A stretch of DNA of 64,000 bases from Nitrosotalea sp. (GTDB lineage Bacteria; Methylomirabilota; Methylomirabilia; Rokubacteriales; CSP1-6): contig DATIWG010000096.1 in assembly GCA_035519555.1 (NCBI GenBank), forward strand, positions 18,794 to 82,793. Reading direction: 5' to 3'. Made by a program: the position numbers and the translations under genes. Under the pieces are notes generated by a model that made no database searches, was not told the DNA's origin, and saw only the letters and a program-made list of their open reading frames with translations. This document shows, one piece after another, positions 10,870 through 18,410 of the stretch (its first letter is position 1; each line of letters begins with the position of its first letter).

Positions 10870-11676
10870 GTGTCGTGGGCCCACTCTGGCGCAAGGGGGG
10901 AGTTTTTGTTGAGCGAGGTGCTTTGTTCACGAGGGACGACGATCGCGCTGTCGTGCCTCATTCATCTGGGGCTGGTGGCGATGCTCGTCCTCGGCCAGCA
11001 CCGGGTTCCCGTGGCCGTCGCGGTTCGCCCTCCCGTGCTGCCGGTGCAGCTGGTCACGCTCGATGCCCCGGAGGAGCCTAGGCCTGCGCCCGCGGCGCGG
11101 CCCGCCCCACCGCCCCGCCAGCGCATCCGGCCACCGCGCCTGATCGAGCCCTCGCGGCCGTCAGAGGTGCCGCCTGCCGTCAAAGTGGAGGAGCCCGCTC
11201 CGTCACCCGTCGCGCCGACTCCGGTACCGGCCGCGATCGACCCTTCGCCCGTGGCAACTCTGCCGGCGCCGACGAGCGAGGCCGCGCCCGGCCCTCCGGC
11301 CACCAGCATCGTGCCCTTGGCCGCGCCCGACGGCCCCGCCGTGTCCACTGCGCCCGTCACGGCCTCCGCCAGCCCATCGACCGCCATCCCCGAGGGCGTC
11401 ACGCAGTACGCGCGCCCGCGGGGTGGCTACCAGGTGCGGCCGAGCTACCCGGCGGCCCCGCGGCGACAGGGCATCCAGGGCACGACCCTGCTCCGCATTC
11501 ACGTCTTGGCGGACGGGCGGATCGGCGACGTCCTGATCGAGCAGTCCGCGGGCCACCCCGATCTCGATCAGGCGGCCCGCGACGCGGTCCGGGCCTGGCG
11601 GTTCGAGCCGGCGCGCCGAGGCAACGATCCGGTCGCGATGTGGGTACTGCTCCCGGTCGAGTTTCGACTCAGATGA
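10870..11676 (+). CDS. tonB: energy transducer TonB
   Basis: The TM segment has the S-x3-H motif (LSCLIHLG). A Pro-rich spacer follows, then the C-terminal TonB domain GIQGTTLLRIHVLADGRIGDVLIEQSAGHPDLDQAARDAVRAWRFEP. Start ambiguous: GTG 10870, or TTG 10906/10909 after GGGGGGAG. Confidence 0.8.
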   Translation: MSWAHSGARGEFLLSEVLCSRGTTIALSCLIHLGLVAMLVLGQHRVPVAVAVRPPVLPVQLVTLDAPEEPRPAPAARPAPPPRQRIRPPRLIEPSRPSEVPPAVKVEEPAPSPVAPTPVPAAIDPSPVATLPAPTSEAAPGPPATSIVPLAAPDGPAVSTAPVTASASPSTAIPEGVTQYARPRGGYQVRPSYPAAPRRQGIQGTTLLRIHVLADGRIGDVLIEQSAGHPDLDQAARDAVRAWRFEPARRGNDPVAMWVLLPVEFRLR

Positions 11677-11708
11677 CCTCACCTCGAGGCAAGGAGATAG
11701 GACAACCC

Positions 11709-13823
11709 ATGGCCATCCCAGTGCTCCTCCCGCTGGTCGCGTCGGCCGCCGTTCTCGTCGCGGCGGTCACGGCGTACGCCCAGAGCCAGCCGGCGCCGCC
11801 CAAGCTCGAGCCGGTCGTCGTCGAATCCAGCACCCTGCTGCCCGACCGCACCCGCACCGAGGAGCAGGCTCGCCAGGAGATCGACCGCACGCCGGGCGGC
11901 GTCGAGATCGTCCCGCAGAAGGCCATCCAGGACTCGCGCGCCGCCAACCTCAAGGACGTGCTCGACTTCGTGCCCGGCGTGCTCATCCGGCCGCGCTTCG
12001 GCGCCGCGGACGAGAGTCAGTTCTCCATCCGGGGCTCGAGCCTGCGCAACAACTTCCACCTGCGCGGCATCAACGTGCTGATCGACGGCTTCCCGTACGG
12101 CAACGCCGACGGCTTCGCCGACTTCGAGTCGCTCGAGCTCCAGGCCACCAAGTACATCGAGGTGTTCAAGGGCGCCAACGCGCTCCGCTTCGGCGGCAAC
12201 ACCCTGGGCGGCGCCATCAACCTCGTGACCAAGACCGGCTACGACGCCGGCCTCTTCGAGAGCCGCGTCGAGGGCGGGTCATACGGGTTCTTCAAGGGCT
12301 ACGTGGGCAGCGGGCAGGTGTACGGCCCCCTGGACCTGTACGCGAGCTTCAGTGACATGGAGCTGCAGGGGTACCGGGATCACGCCGAGCAGACCAGGTA
12401 CCGGGCCTACGGCAACGTCGGCTACCGGTTCTCCAACGGGGCCACGCTCCGCTTCGACCTCGGCTACGTGCACAACAACGAGCAGCTGCCCGGTGCGCTG
12501 ACCCCGCAGCAGTTCCAGCAGAACCCGCAGCAGCAGAACCCCGCGACCCGCTTCGCGAAGGAGGCGCGCAACTACGACTACACGCGGGGCGCCGTCACCT
12601 TCCGCACGCCGATCGGCCAGGATCAGGCCTTCGAGTGGTCGACCCAGCTCAACTACCAGGACCTGGACCACCCGCTGTCGTTCGCGGTCATCGACCAGAC
12701 GACGTACAGCTACAGCACCGAGCTGCGCTACCTCCTGGCCGCGCCCCTCTTCGGGCGAGGCAATCGCTTCACCGCGGGCTTCCAGTTCTTCGGCACCAAC
12801 CAGAACGACGCCCAGTTCCAGAACGTCAACGGCAACCGCGGCTCGATGATCAAGAACCAGGTCAACATCACGAACACCTTCGGGATCTACGCCGAGAACC
12901 AGCACGACGTGGTGCCCACCGTGTCGCTCGTGACCGGCGGGCGGCTGCAGGTGACGGACGATCAGGTGCGCGACCGCTACCTGTTCGACGGAAACCAGTC
13001 GGATTCCACGAGCTTCTTCGGCGCGTCCCCCAAGGTCGGCTTCGTCTGGCAGGCCCAGCCCACCATCCAGGTCTTCGGCAATGCCAGCCGCGCCTACGAG
13101 CCGCCCCTGATCCTCGAGCTGACCGCGCCTGGTCAGATCGGCGGCAACCTGTCCCAGCTCGACGCGCAGACGTCGTGGCAGTTCGAAGTGGGCACGCGCG
13201 GGCGCTGGGGCGAGCGGTTCGCCTGGGACGTCTCCGTCTACGACATCGAGCTGTGGGACGAGATCCAGAACGTCAACGTCCAGCCCTTCCCCGGCGCGCC
13301 GTTCACCATCCCGCGCTACCAGAACATCGATCGCTCGCGCCACACCGGGGTCGAGGTGGGCGCGGATGTCCTGCTCCTGAGGGACATCGCGATGCGGCTC
13401 GGGCTCGGCCGCATGGGCGATACCCTCCGCGCCCGGGTGGCCTACACGTGGTCGCGCTTCGTCTTCGTCAATGATCCCGTGTTCAACAACAACGACCTGC
13501 CCGGCGCGCCCGTGCACTTTATCAACACCGAGATGCGCTACGATCACGCGTCGGGCTTCTGGATCGCCCCGGGCGTGGAGATCGTTCCCCAGGGCTACTA
13601 CGTCGACAGCGCGAATACCACCCGCACGCCGTCCTATACTCTGGTCAACGTCAAGATGGGTTACGAGTACAAGCCCTGGAACCTCGGGATATTCTTCGAG
13701 GGCCGGAACCTCGGGGACAAGAGCTTCGTCTCCGCGGTGGCGGTCGACGACGCCAACCGGAACTACTTCTACCCGGGCGACGGCCGTGGCTTCTACGGCT
13801 CGGTCGCGTGGAGATGGAAATGA
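11709..13823 (+). CDS. TonB-dependent outer-membrane receptor
   Basis: ATG 11709 follows AAGGAG. Signal peptide, TonB-box-like EPVVVES, plug motifs (DVLDFVPGV, IRGSS...NVLIDG, IEVFKGANALRFG), a long beta-barrel and aromatic C-terminus ...GSVAWRWK. Confidence 0.85.
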   Translation: MAIPVLLPLVASAAVLVAAVTAYAQSQPAPPKLEPVVVESSTLLPDRTRTEEQARQEIDRTPGGVEIVPQKAIQDSRAANLKDVLDFVPGVLIRPRFGAADESQFSIRGSSLRNNFHLRGINVLIDGFPYGNADGFADFESLELQATKYIEVFKGANALRFGGNTLGGAINLVTKTGYDAGLFESRVEGGSYGFFKGYVGSGQVYGPLDLYASFSDMELQGYRDHAEQTRYRAYGNVGYRFSNGATLRFDLGYVHNNEQLPGALTPQQFQQNPQQQNPATRFAKEARNYDYTRGAVTFRTPIGQDQAFEWSTQLNYQDLDHPLSFAVIDQTTYSYSTELRYLLAAPLFGRGNRFTAGFQFFGTNQNDAQFQNVNGNRGSMIKNQVNITNTFGIYAENQHDVVPTVSLVTGGRLQVTDDQVRDRYLFDGNQSDSTSFFGASPKVGFVWQAQPTIQVFGNASRAYEPPLILELTAPGQIGGNLSQLDAQTSWQFEVGTRGRWGERFAWDVSVYDIELWDEIQNVNVQPFPGAPFTIPRYQNIDRSRHTGVEVGADVLLLRDIAMRLGLGRMGDTLRARVAYTWSRFVFVNDPVFNNNDLPGAPVHFINTEMRYDHASGFWIAPGVEIVPQGYYVDSANTTRTPSYTLVNVKMGYEYKPWNLGIFFEGRNLGDKSFVSAVAVDDANRNYFYPGDGRGFYGSVAWRWK

Positions 13824-15049
13824 CGCTCGCTCGGATGCTTGGCTTGGTGGTCCTCGGGCTGGGCGCCGCCACCGCCGCCTACGCCGCCGACCTCTCCCTC
13901 GGCCCGCGGCTCGAGTACCAGCACGTGAGCCGGGGACACGAGTTTCACGTGTCCGGCGCCGCGGTGGGCGCGATGGCCGACGGCCGCCCGCTCCTCGCGT
14001 GGGCCGCGCAGGAAGGACACGCCAACCACCTCTACCTCCTGCGCATCGGGGAGGCCACGACCCCGGTCCGGGTGAATCCGGACGGGCTCGCGGTGGAGGC
14101 GCTGCATCATCCTCCGCGCCTGGCCGTCGCGCCCGGCGGCGAGGTCTACCTCTCCTGGTCGTCGGAGAAGCCCAAGCCGGAGGGCACCTTGTTCGCGTCC
14201 GACCTGCAGCTCTCGCGCTCCCTCGATGGGGGCACGACCTTCGGGGTCCCGCTTCGCGTGAACGAGGACCGGCCGATCTCGCATTCCTTCGACGGGCTCG
14301 CGGTGGCGCCGGACGGGACCGTACTGGTCTCCTGGATCGACGGTCACGAGGGTCGTCGGGACCCCGCTACCTGGGTGGCGCGCGTGATCGAGCGCGGGAC
14401 CCGGGTCGAGAGCACCCGCAAGGTGGGCGAGGATACCTGCGTGTGTTGCCGGATCGACGCGGCCGCGGGAGCCGGCGACACGGTGGCCCTGACCTGGCGG
14501 CGAGTGTTTCCGGGCGACATCCGCGACATGGTGCTGGCCATGTCGCGCGACGGAGGCCGGTCGTTCGGCGATCCCACGCTGGTGAGCGCCGATCACTGGA
14601 AGATCAACGCCTGTCCCCATCGGGGCGGTGCGGTCGGGCTCGACGCCAAGGGGCGCGTGTACATGAGCTGGTACACCGAGGGCAGCGACATCCGGCCCGA
14701 CCTGCGCTTCGCGGTCTCGGCGGACGGCCGCCGGTTCGGCCCACCCAAGCGGCTGCACACCTCGGCCACCTCCATCCCGGACAACGCGCGCATGGCGGTG
14801 GATCCGGCGGGCCGCGCGGTGGTGGTGTGGGAGGAGTCCACCGCGGTGCGCCGCCGCATCCTGCTGCGCTACAGCGTGGACGCGGGGCGTACGCTGAGCC
14901 CGATTCACGTGCTCTCCGGGACGATCAAGGCGTATCAGCCCGACGTGGCCTTCGCCGCGGACGGCTCGTTCCTGGTGGCCTGGCACGAGGAGCAGTTCCC
15001 CTTCCTCAAGACCGTCGTGCAGCCGGTCCGCATCCCCAGGGCCCGATGA
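13808..15049 (+). CDS. exported BNR-repeat (sialidase-fold) beta-propeller protein
   Basis: Signal peptide. Three BNR motifs: SLDGGTTF, SRDGGRSF, SVDAGRTL. Six recurring strand motifs ending in W. Conserved-looking CVCC and NACPH. Start is GTG 13808 or ATG 13814/13820, overlapping the receptor stop. Confidence 0.7.
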   Translation: MEMEMTLARMLGLVVLGLGAATAAYAADLSLGPRLEYQHVSRGHEFHVSGAAVGAMADGRPLLAWAAQEGHANHLYLLRIGEATTPVRVNPDGLAVEALHHPPRLAVAPGGEVYLSWSSEKPKPEGTLFASDLQLSRSLDGGTTFGVPLRVNEDRPISHSFDGLAVAPDGTVLVSWIDGHEGRRDPATWVARVIERGTRVESTRKVGEDTCVCCRIDAAAGAGDTVALTWRRVFPGDIRDMVLAMSRDGGRSFGDPTLVSADHWKINACPHRGGAVGLDAKGRVYMSWYTEGSDIRPDLRFAVSADGRRFGPPKRLHTSATSIPDNARMAVDPAGRAVVVWEESTAVRRRILLRYSVDAGRTLSPIHVLSGTIKAYQPDVAFAADGSFLVAWHEEQFPFLKTVVQPVRIPRAR

Positions 15050-15444
15050 GCGGCCTCCGGTTCCGGCTCGCGCTGCTGTCGGCCGCGGGTATCATCTGGG
15101 CATGCTCGACCGGGTTCCCGCCCGCGCAGGCGCACGCCATCATCCTCGAGTCAGAGCCGCGACACGGCGACTTGGTGCCTGCGCCGAAGCGACTGCTCCT
15201 GCGCTTCAACAGCCGGATCGAGAAGCCGCTCTGTCTGGTGCAGCTCGTGGGCGGCCCGCGCAAGCGGTCCGTCGCGCTCATGCGCCAGGAGGCGGACACC
15301 GCGATCGACACGCTCATCTACGCGCTACCTCCCCTCGAGCCGGGCCCCTACCAGGCGCGCTGGAAGGTGATGGCCGCCGACGGGCACGTGACCGAGGGCA
15401 CGGTGCTGTTCACGGTGACCGGGCCGGCGCCCGCCCAGAAGTGA
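15046..15444 (+). CDS. copC: CopC-domain periplasmic copper-binding protein (paralogue 1)
   Basis: Last 132 codons of ORF 13471-15444. Signal peptide ...PPAQA, then mature N-terminus HAIILESEP, and DGH near the C-terminus (AADGHVTEG). The ATG overlaps the upstream stop (ATGA). Confidence 0.8.
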   Translation: MSGLRFRLALLSAAGIIWACSTGFPPAQAHAIILESEPRHGDLVPAPKRLLLRFNSRIEKPLCLVQLVGGPRKRSVALMRQEADTAIDTLIYALPPLEPGPYQARWKVMAADGHVTEGTVLFTVTGPAPAQK

Positions 15445-15851
15445 CGCCGCGGCCGCGCCCGGCCCGCCGCGCCACGCGCTGGGCCGCCGCGGCGCTGGCG
15501 GTGGCGCTCCTGGGTGGCACGCCCGCGGCCGGCCCGGCAGACGCGCACGCGGTGCTGGTGCGCTCGGCGCCGGCCCACCGCGCGGTGCTCGGTCAGGCCC
15601 CGGAGCGCGTGGATCTCTGGTTCAACGAGCGGCTCGAGGCGGCCTACAGCACGGTCTCGGTCTGGAACGAGGCGGGCCGGCAGGTCGACGGGAAGGACGC
15701 AGTGGTCGGGCCGGACGATCCGCGACGCCTGTCCGTGTCCCTCAACACACGCGCCGCGGGCCAGTACACAGTCAAGTACCGTGTGCTGTCGGTGGACGGC
15801 CACATCGTCGACAGCCGCCTCACCTTCACGGTAAAAGGACAACGCCCATGA
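15441..15851 (+). CDS. copC: CopC-domain periplasmic copper-binding protein (paralogue 2)
   Basis: GTG 15441 overlaps the previous stop (GTGA). Signal ...GPADA, then HAVLVRSAP; SVDGHIVDS; typical CopC core YTVKYRVLSVDGH. Confidence 0.75.
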   Translation: MTPRPRPARRATRWAAAALAVALLGGTPAAGPADAHAVLVRSAPAHRAVLGQAPERVDLWFNERLEAAYSTVSVWNEAGRQVDGKDAVVGPDDPRRLSVSLNTRAAGQYTVKYRVLSVDGHIVDSRLTFTVKGQRP

Positions 15852-16402
15852 CACGACTCGATGCTCAGATCCGCTCCCTCCTGGTGATCGCGGTGGCCGC
15901 CGCCCTGCTGGGCCTCGGCGCCGTCGCGGGCTGGGAGGCGGTGCGCGCGCAGACCCACAGCCACATGTCTTCTCCTCAGGCCGACGACAAGGGGGGCTGG
16001 TACGTCCGCCTCTCGCCGGATGCCCGGGCGGCGGCCGTCGAGCGACAGTTCCGCGGCTTCGAGACCACGATGGCCGAGGTGGCGTATCGCTACACCGAGA
16101 TGTACTTCGGCGGCATCGACGGCAACTGGGACTACGCGGCTCACATGGCCCACGAGATGAGCAACGCCATCGCGGCCGGCCTCGAGCGGCGCCCGCAGTA
16201 CCGCAAGAGCGCCGAGGCGATCTTCCTCAAGACCGCGCTGCCCCAGGTCGTCGAGGCCATCAAGGCCAAGGACTCGGCGCTGTTCAAGCAGCGCATCGAG
16301 ACGCTGCGCGCGGCCTGCACCTCCTGCCACGCCGCGGAGGCGCACCCGTTCATCAAGATCGGGGTGCCGACCGTGCGGCGGAATCCGGTCGTCAACCAGT
16401 AG
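15848..16402 (+). CDS. membrane-anchored class II cytochrome c (cytochrome c'/c556-like four-helix bundle)
   Basis: N-terminal anchor or signal. Predicted helical body with a single C-terminal haem motif CTSCH (ETLRAACTSCHAAEAHP), the class II arrangement. ATG 15848 overlaps the copC2 stop. Confidence 0.6.
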   Translation: MTRLDAQIRSLLVIAVAAALLGLGAVAGWEAVRAQTHSHMSSPQADDKGGWYVRLSPDARAAAVERQFRGFETTMAEVAYRYTEMYFGGIDGNWDYAAHMAHEMSNAIAAGLERRPQYRKSAEAIFLKTALPQVVEAIKAKDSALFKQRIETLRAACTSCHAAEAHPFIKIGVPTVRRNPVVNQ

Positions 16403-16428
16403 TCGCGGGGGCGGAGCGCCCCCGCGAC
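16402..16428. terminator. GC hairpin between convergent cytochrome and fasciclin genes
   Basis: GTCGCGGGGG (16402-16411), loop CGGAGCG, CCCCCGCGAC (16419-16428): a perfect 10-bp stem. There is no U-tract on either side. Confidence 0.4.
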
Positions 16429-16436
16429 CCCCGGCG

Positions 16437-16991
16437 CTAGTTCGGGAGCACCACCCGGTCGATCACGTGGATCACCCCGTTCGACTGGTAGACGTCGTAG
16501 GTCGAGATACTGGCCACCGTTCCCTTCTCGTCCCTGAGCACGATGTTGCGGTCGCCGTTCATCATGACCCGGAGCGTGCCGCCGCTCGCGGTCTTGAGCG
16601 AGGCGGTACCGTTGCCGGCCTTGATCGCCATCTGTAGGGCAGCCGCGTCCAGCTTGCCCGGCACCACGTGGTACGTCAGCACCTTGCTGAGCCCGGCTCG
16701 GTTCTCGGGCTTCAGCAGGGTGTCGACGGTGCCCGCGGGGAGCACGGAGAACGCGGCGTTGGTTGGCGCGAAAACCGTGAACGGCCCCGCGCCCTTGAGC
16801 GTGTCCACCAGGCCGGCCGCCTTGACCGCGGCGACCAGCGTGGTGTGGTCCGCCGAGTTCACCGCGTTGTCCACGATGTCCTTGCTGGGCAACATGGCCT
16901 GACCGCCCACCATCGGCTCGTTCATGGCGAACGTCACCGCCGGCAGGACGACGGCGGCTGCGAGTAGCACGAGCGTGAAGATTCGCTTCAT
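16437..16991 (-). CDS. fasciclin (FAS1) domain protein, exported
   Basis: Signal peptide plus FAS1 H1/H2 motifs: TVFAPTNAAF..., VLTYHVVPGKL, NGVIHVIDRVVLP. Confidence 0.85.
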   Translation of the reverse strand: MKRIFTLVLLAAAVVLPAVTFAMNEPMVGGQAMLPSKDIVDNAVNSADHTTLVAAVKAAGLVDTLKGAGPFTVFAPTNAAFSVLPAGTVDTLLKPENRAGLSKVLTYHVVPGKLDAAALQMAIKAGNGTASLKTASGGTLRVMMNGDRNIVLRDEKGTVASISTYDVYQSNGVIHVIDRVVLPN

Positions 16992-17007
16992 GGCGTTCCC
17001 GTCCTTT

Positions 17008-17053
17008 CGTAGAGAGCATTCACCCGGATCACCGGGCTCACCTGCTCTCTACG
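17008..17053 (-). promoter_or_regulatory. stem-loop in the fasciclin leader
   Basis: Perfect 11-bp inverted repeat CGTAGAGAGCA (17008-17018) / TGCTCTCTACG (17043-17053). It encloses a 24-nt loop with an inner CCCGG-ATCA-CCGGG hairpin. The structure ends 16 nt before the AAAGGA SD and ATG 16991. Confidence 0.3.
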
Positions 17054-17128
17054 GGCGGGAGGCGGGATTGGATCTAGGACCGGCCGCCCGATACGACGGC
17101 CCCAAATTTCGGCCCAAATTTCGAAAAG

Positions 17129-17626
17129 TTACGTGGAGCGGTAGTTCGTGAACTGGAGCGCGATGCCCAGGTCCTTGGCTTTCAGCATCGCGATGACCGC
17201 CTGCAGGTCGTCGCGGTTCTTGCCGCTGACCCGGACCTGCTTCTCCTGGATGGAGGCCTGGACTCGGATCTTGGAGTCCTTGATCAGCCGGACGATCTCC
17301 TTGGCCTTCTCCATCGGCACGCCGTCCTGGAGCGTGATCTTCTGGCGGACCAGGCCGCCGCCCGCCGGCTCCGGGTCGTTGATGGTGAGGGCCTTGAGGT
17401 CGATCCCGCGGCGGTGGAGCTTGGACTCGAGGATGTCGAGCACGGCCTTGAGCTTCATGTCGTCGCTCGAGGAGATCAGGATGTCCATCTTCTCGGGGGT
17501 GATCTCGTTCTTGCCGCCCTTCAGGTCGTAGCGCGTCGTGATCTCGCGCCGGGCCTGGTCGATGGCGTTGGTGACCTCTTGCATGTCGATCTTGCAGGCG
17601 ATGTCGAAGCTGTTCTCGGCGGCCAT
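17129..17626 (-). CDS. yajQ: YajQ-family nucleotide/cyclic-di-GMP-binding protein (UPF0234)
   Basis: SFDIACKIDMQEVTNAIDQARREITTRYDLKG... is collinear with YajQ over the full length. Confidence 0.85.
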   Translation of the reverse strand: MAAENSFDIACKIDMQEVTNAIDQARREITTRYDLKGGKNEITPEKMDILISSSDDMKLKAVLDILESKLHRRGIDLKALTINDPEPAGGGLVRQKITLQDGVPMEKAKEIVRLIKDSKIRVQASIQEKQVRVSGKNRDDLQAVIAMLKAKDLGIALQFTNYRST

Positions 17627-17641
17627 GGCGTGGAAGCCTCG

Positions 17642-18331
17642 CTAGCGCGGATCGAGCGGCACCACCGCCGCGTCCTTGGGCGGCGTGAAGACGAACAGGG
17701 TGTCGCTCAGCCCCGGGTTGATGGCGACCTTGTTGAAGGTCATGGTCACGGTGTTCTGGAACTGGTCATAGAGCACGGCCTGGCGGACGACGTAGTCCTT
17801 GGGATCCACCGTGATCACCAGGCGCGTGAGGAGCGGCGTGGGCTGCTTGGGGGTGAGGTCGAGGACGGGACGGCCGGTGCCGTCACGGGGGCTCGCCGGA
17901 TTCAGGAAGCGTACCGTGAACTCCTCGCGGATCTTGCCGAGACCGGACAGGAAGCTGCCCGCGGGGCCGGCCAGCGCCATGGGCGCATTGCCCTTGTTCA
18001 CCTGGTTGAGCTCCGGCGTATAGACCCAGAGCGAGGTGCCGTCGGAGACGATCTGCTGGGGCGCCGGGCTCTTGTAGTCCCAGCGCATCTTGCCGCCCTT
18101 CTTCAGCAGCACGATGCCCTCCGCCTTGATGTCCTGGCCCAGGCTTCGGTTGCGGGCGGTCTGGGTGAACTCCGCGCGCAGGTCGACGATCTTACCGTAG
18201 GTGGACTCCACGCCGTTGACCACCTCGTCGAGGGTCTGGGCGGGCGCGGGCGACGGGAGGAGGACCAGGAGCATCAACGGAACCAGCAGATAGACGTCTG
18301 GCAGGACGAGCCGACGCGCTCCTCTGCTCAT
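17642..18331 (-). CDS. lolA: outer-membrane lipoprotein carrier protein LolA
   Basis: Signal peptide MSRGARRLVLPDVYLLVPLMLLVLLPSPAPAQ, then the LolA core FTQTARNRSLGQDIKAEGIVLLKKGGKMRWDYKSP...LWVYTPELNQV. ATG 18331 is preferred over the track start at GTG 18364. Confidence 0.8.
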   Translation of the reverse strand: MSRGARRLVLPDVYLLVPLMLLVLLPSPAPAQTLDEVVNGVESTYGKIVDLRAEFTQTARNRSLGQDIKAEGIVLLKKGGKMRWDYKSPAPQQIVSDGTSLWVYTPELNQVNKGNAPMALAGPAGSFLSGLGKIREEFTVRFLNPASPRDGTGRPVLDLTPKQPTPLLTRLVITVDPKDYVVRQAVLYDQFQNTVTMTFNKVAINPGLSDTLFVFTPPKDAAVVPLDPR

Positions 18332-18408
18332 CTTGCTCGCCTCGCCTTCGGCGGCAGCTCGCACGGCGTCATCTTGCTCGCCTCGCCTTCGGCGGCAGCT
18401 CGCACGGC
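18328..18408. repeat. exact 40-nt tandem duplication (18328-18367 and 18369-18408, 1-nt spacer)
   Basis: TCATCTTGCTCGCCTCGCCTTCGGCGGCAGCTCGCACGGC read twice, base for base. It spans the lolA start codon and lies 2 nt from the ftsK stop. Confidence 0.95.
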
Positions 18409-18410
18409 TA

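Noticed and set aside
13471-15045. Upstream 525 codons of the 657-aa ORF 13471-15444
   Set aside because: This part overlaps the TonB-dependent receptor and BNR genes in other frames and is Arg/Gly/Pro-rich. Only the last 132 codons (CopC, from ATG 15046) look real. The same situation applies to ORFs 6010-7317, 34658-36856, 41262-42029, 41642-43684, 44816-47068, 51264-52934, 55288-56328 and 57603-58523, which I trimmed to internal starts.
18328-18408. CRISPR-like repeat
   Set aside because: There are only two copies, they are directly adjacent with a 1-nt spacer, and there are no spacers or cas genes. It is a tandem duplication, not a CRISPR array.
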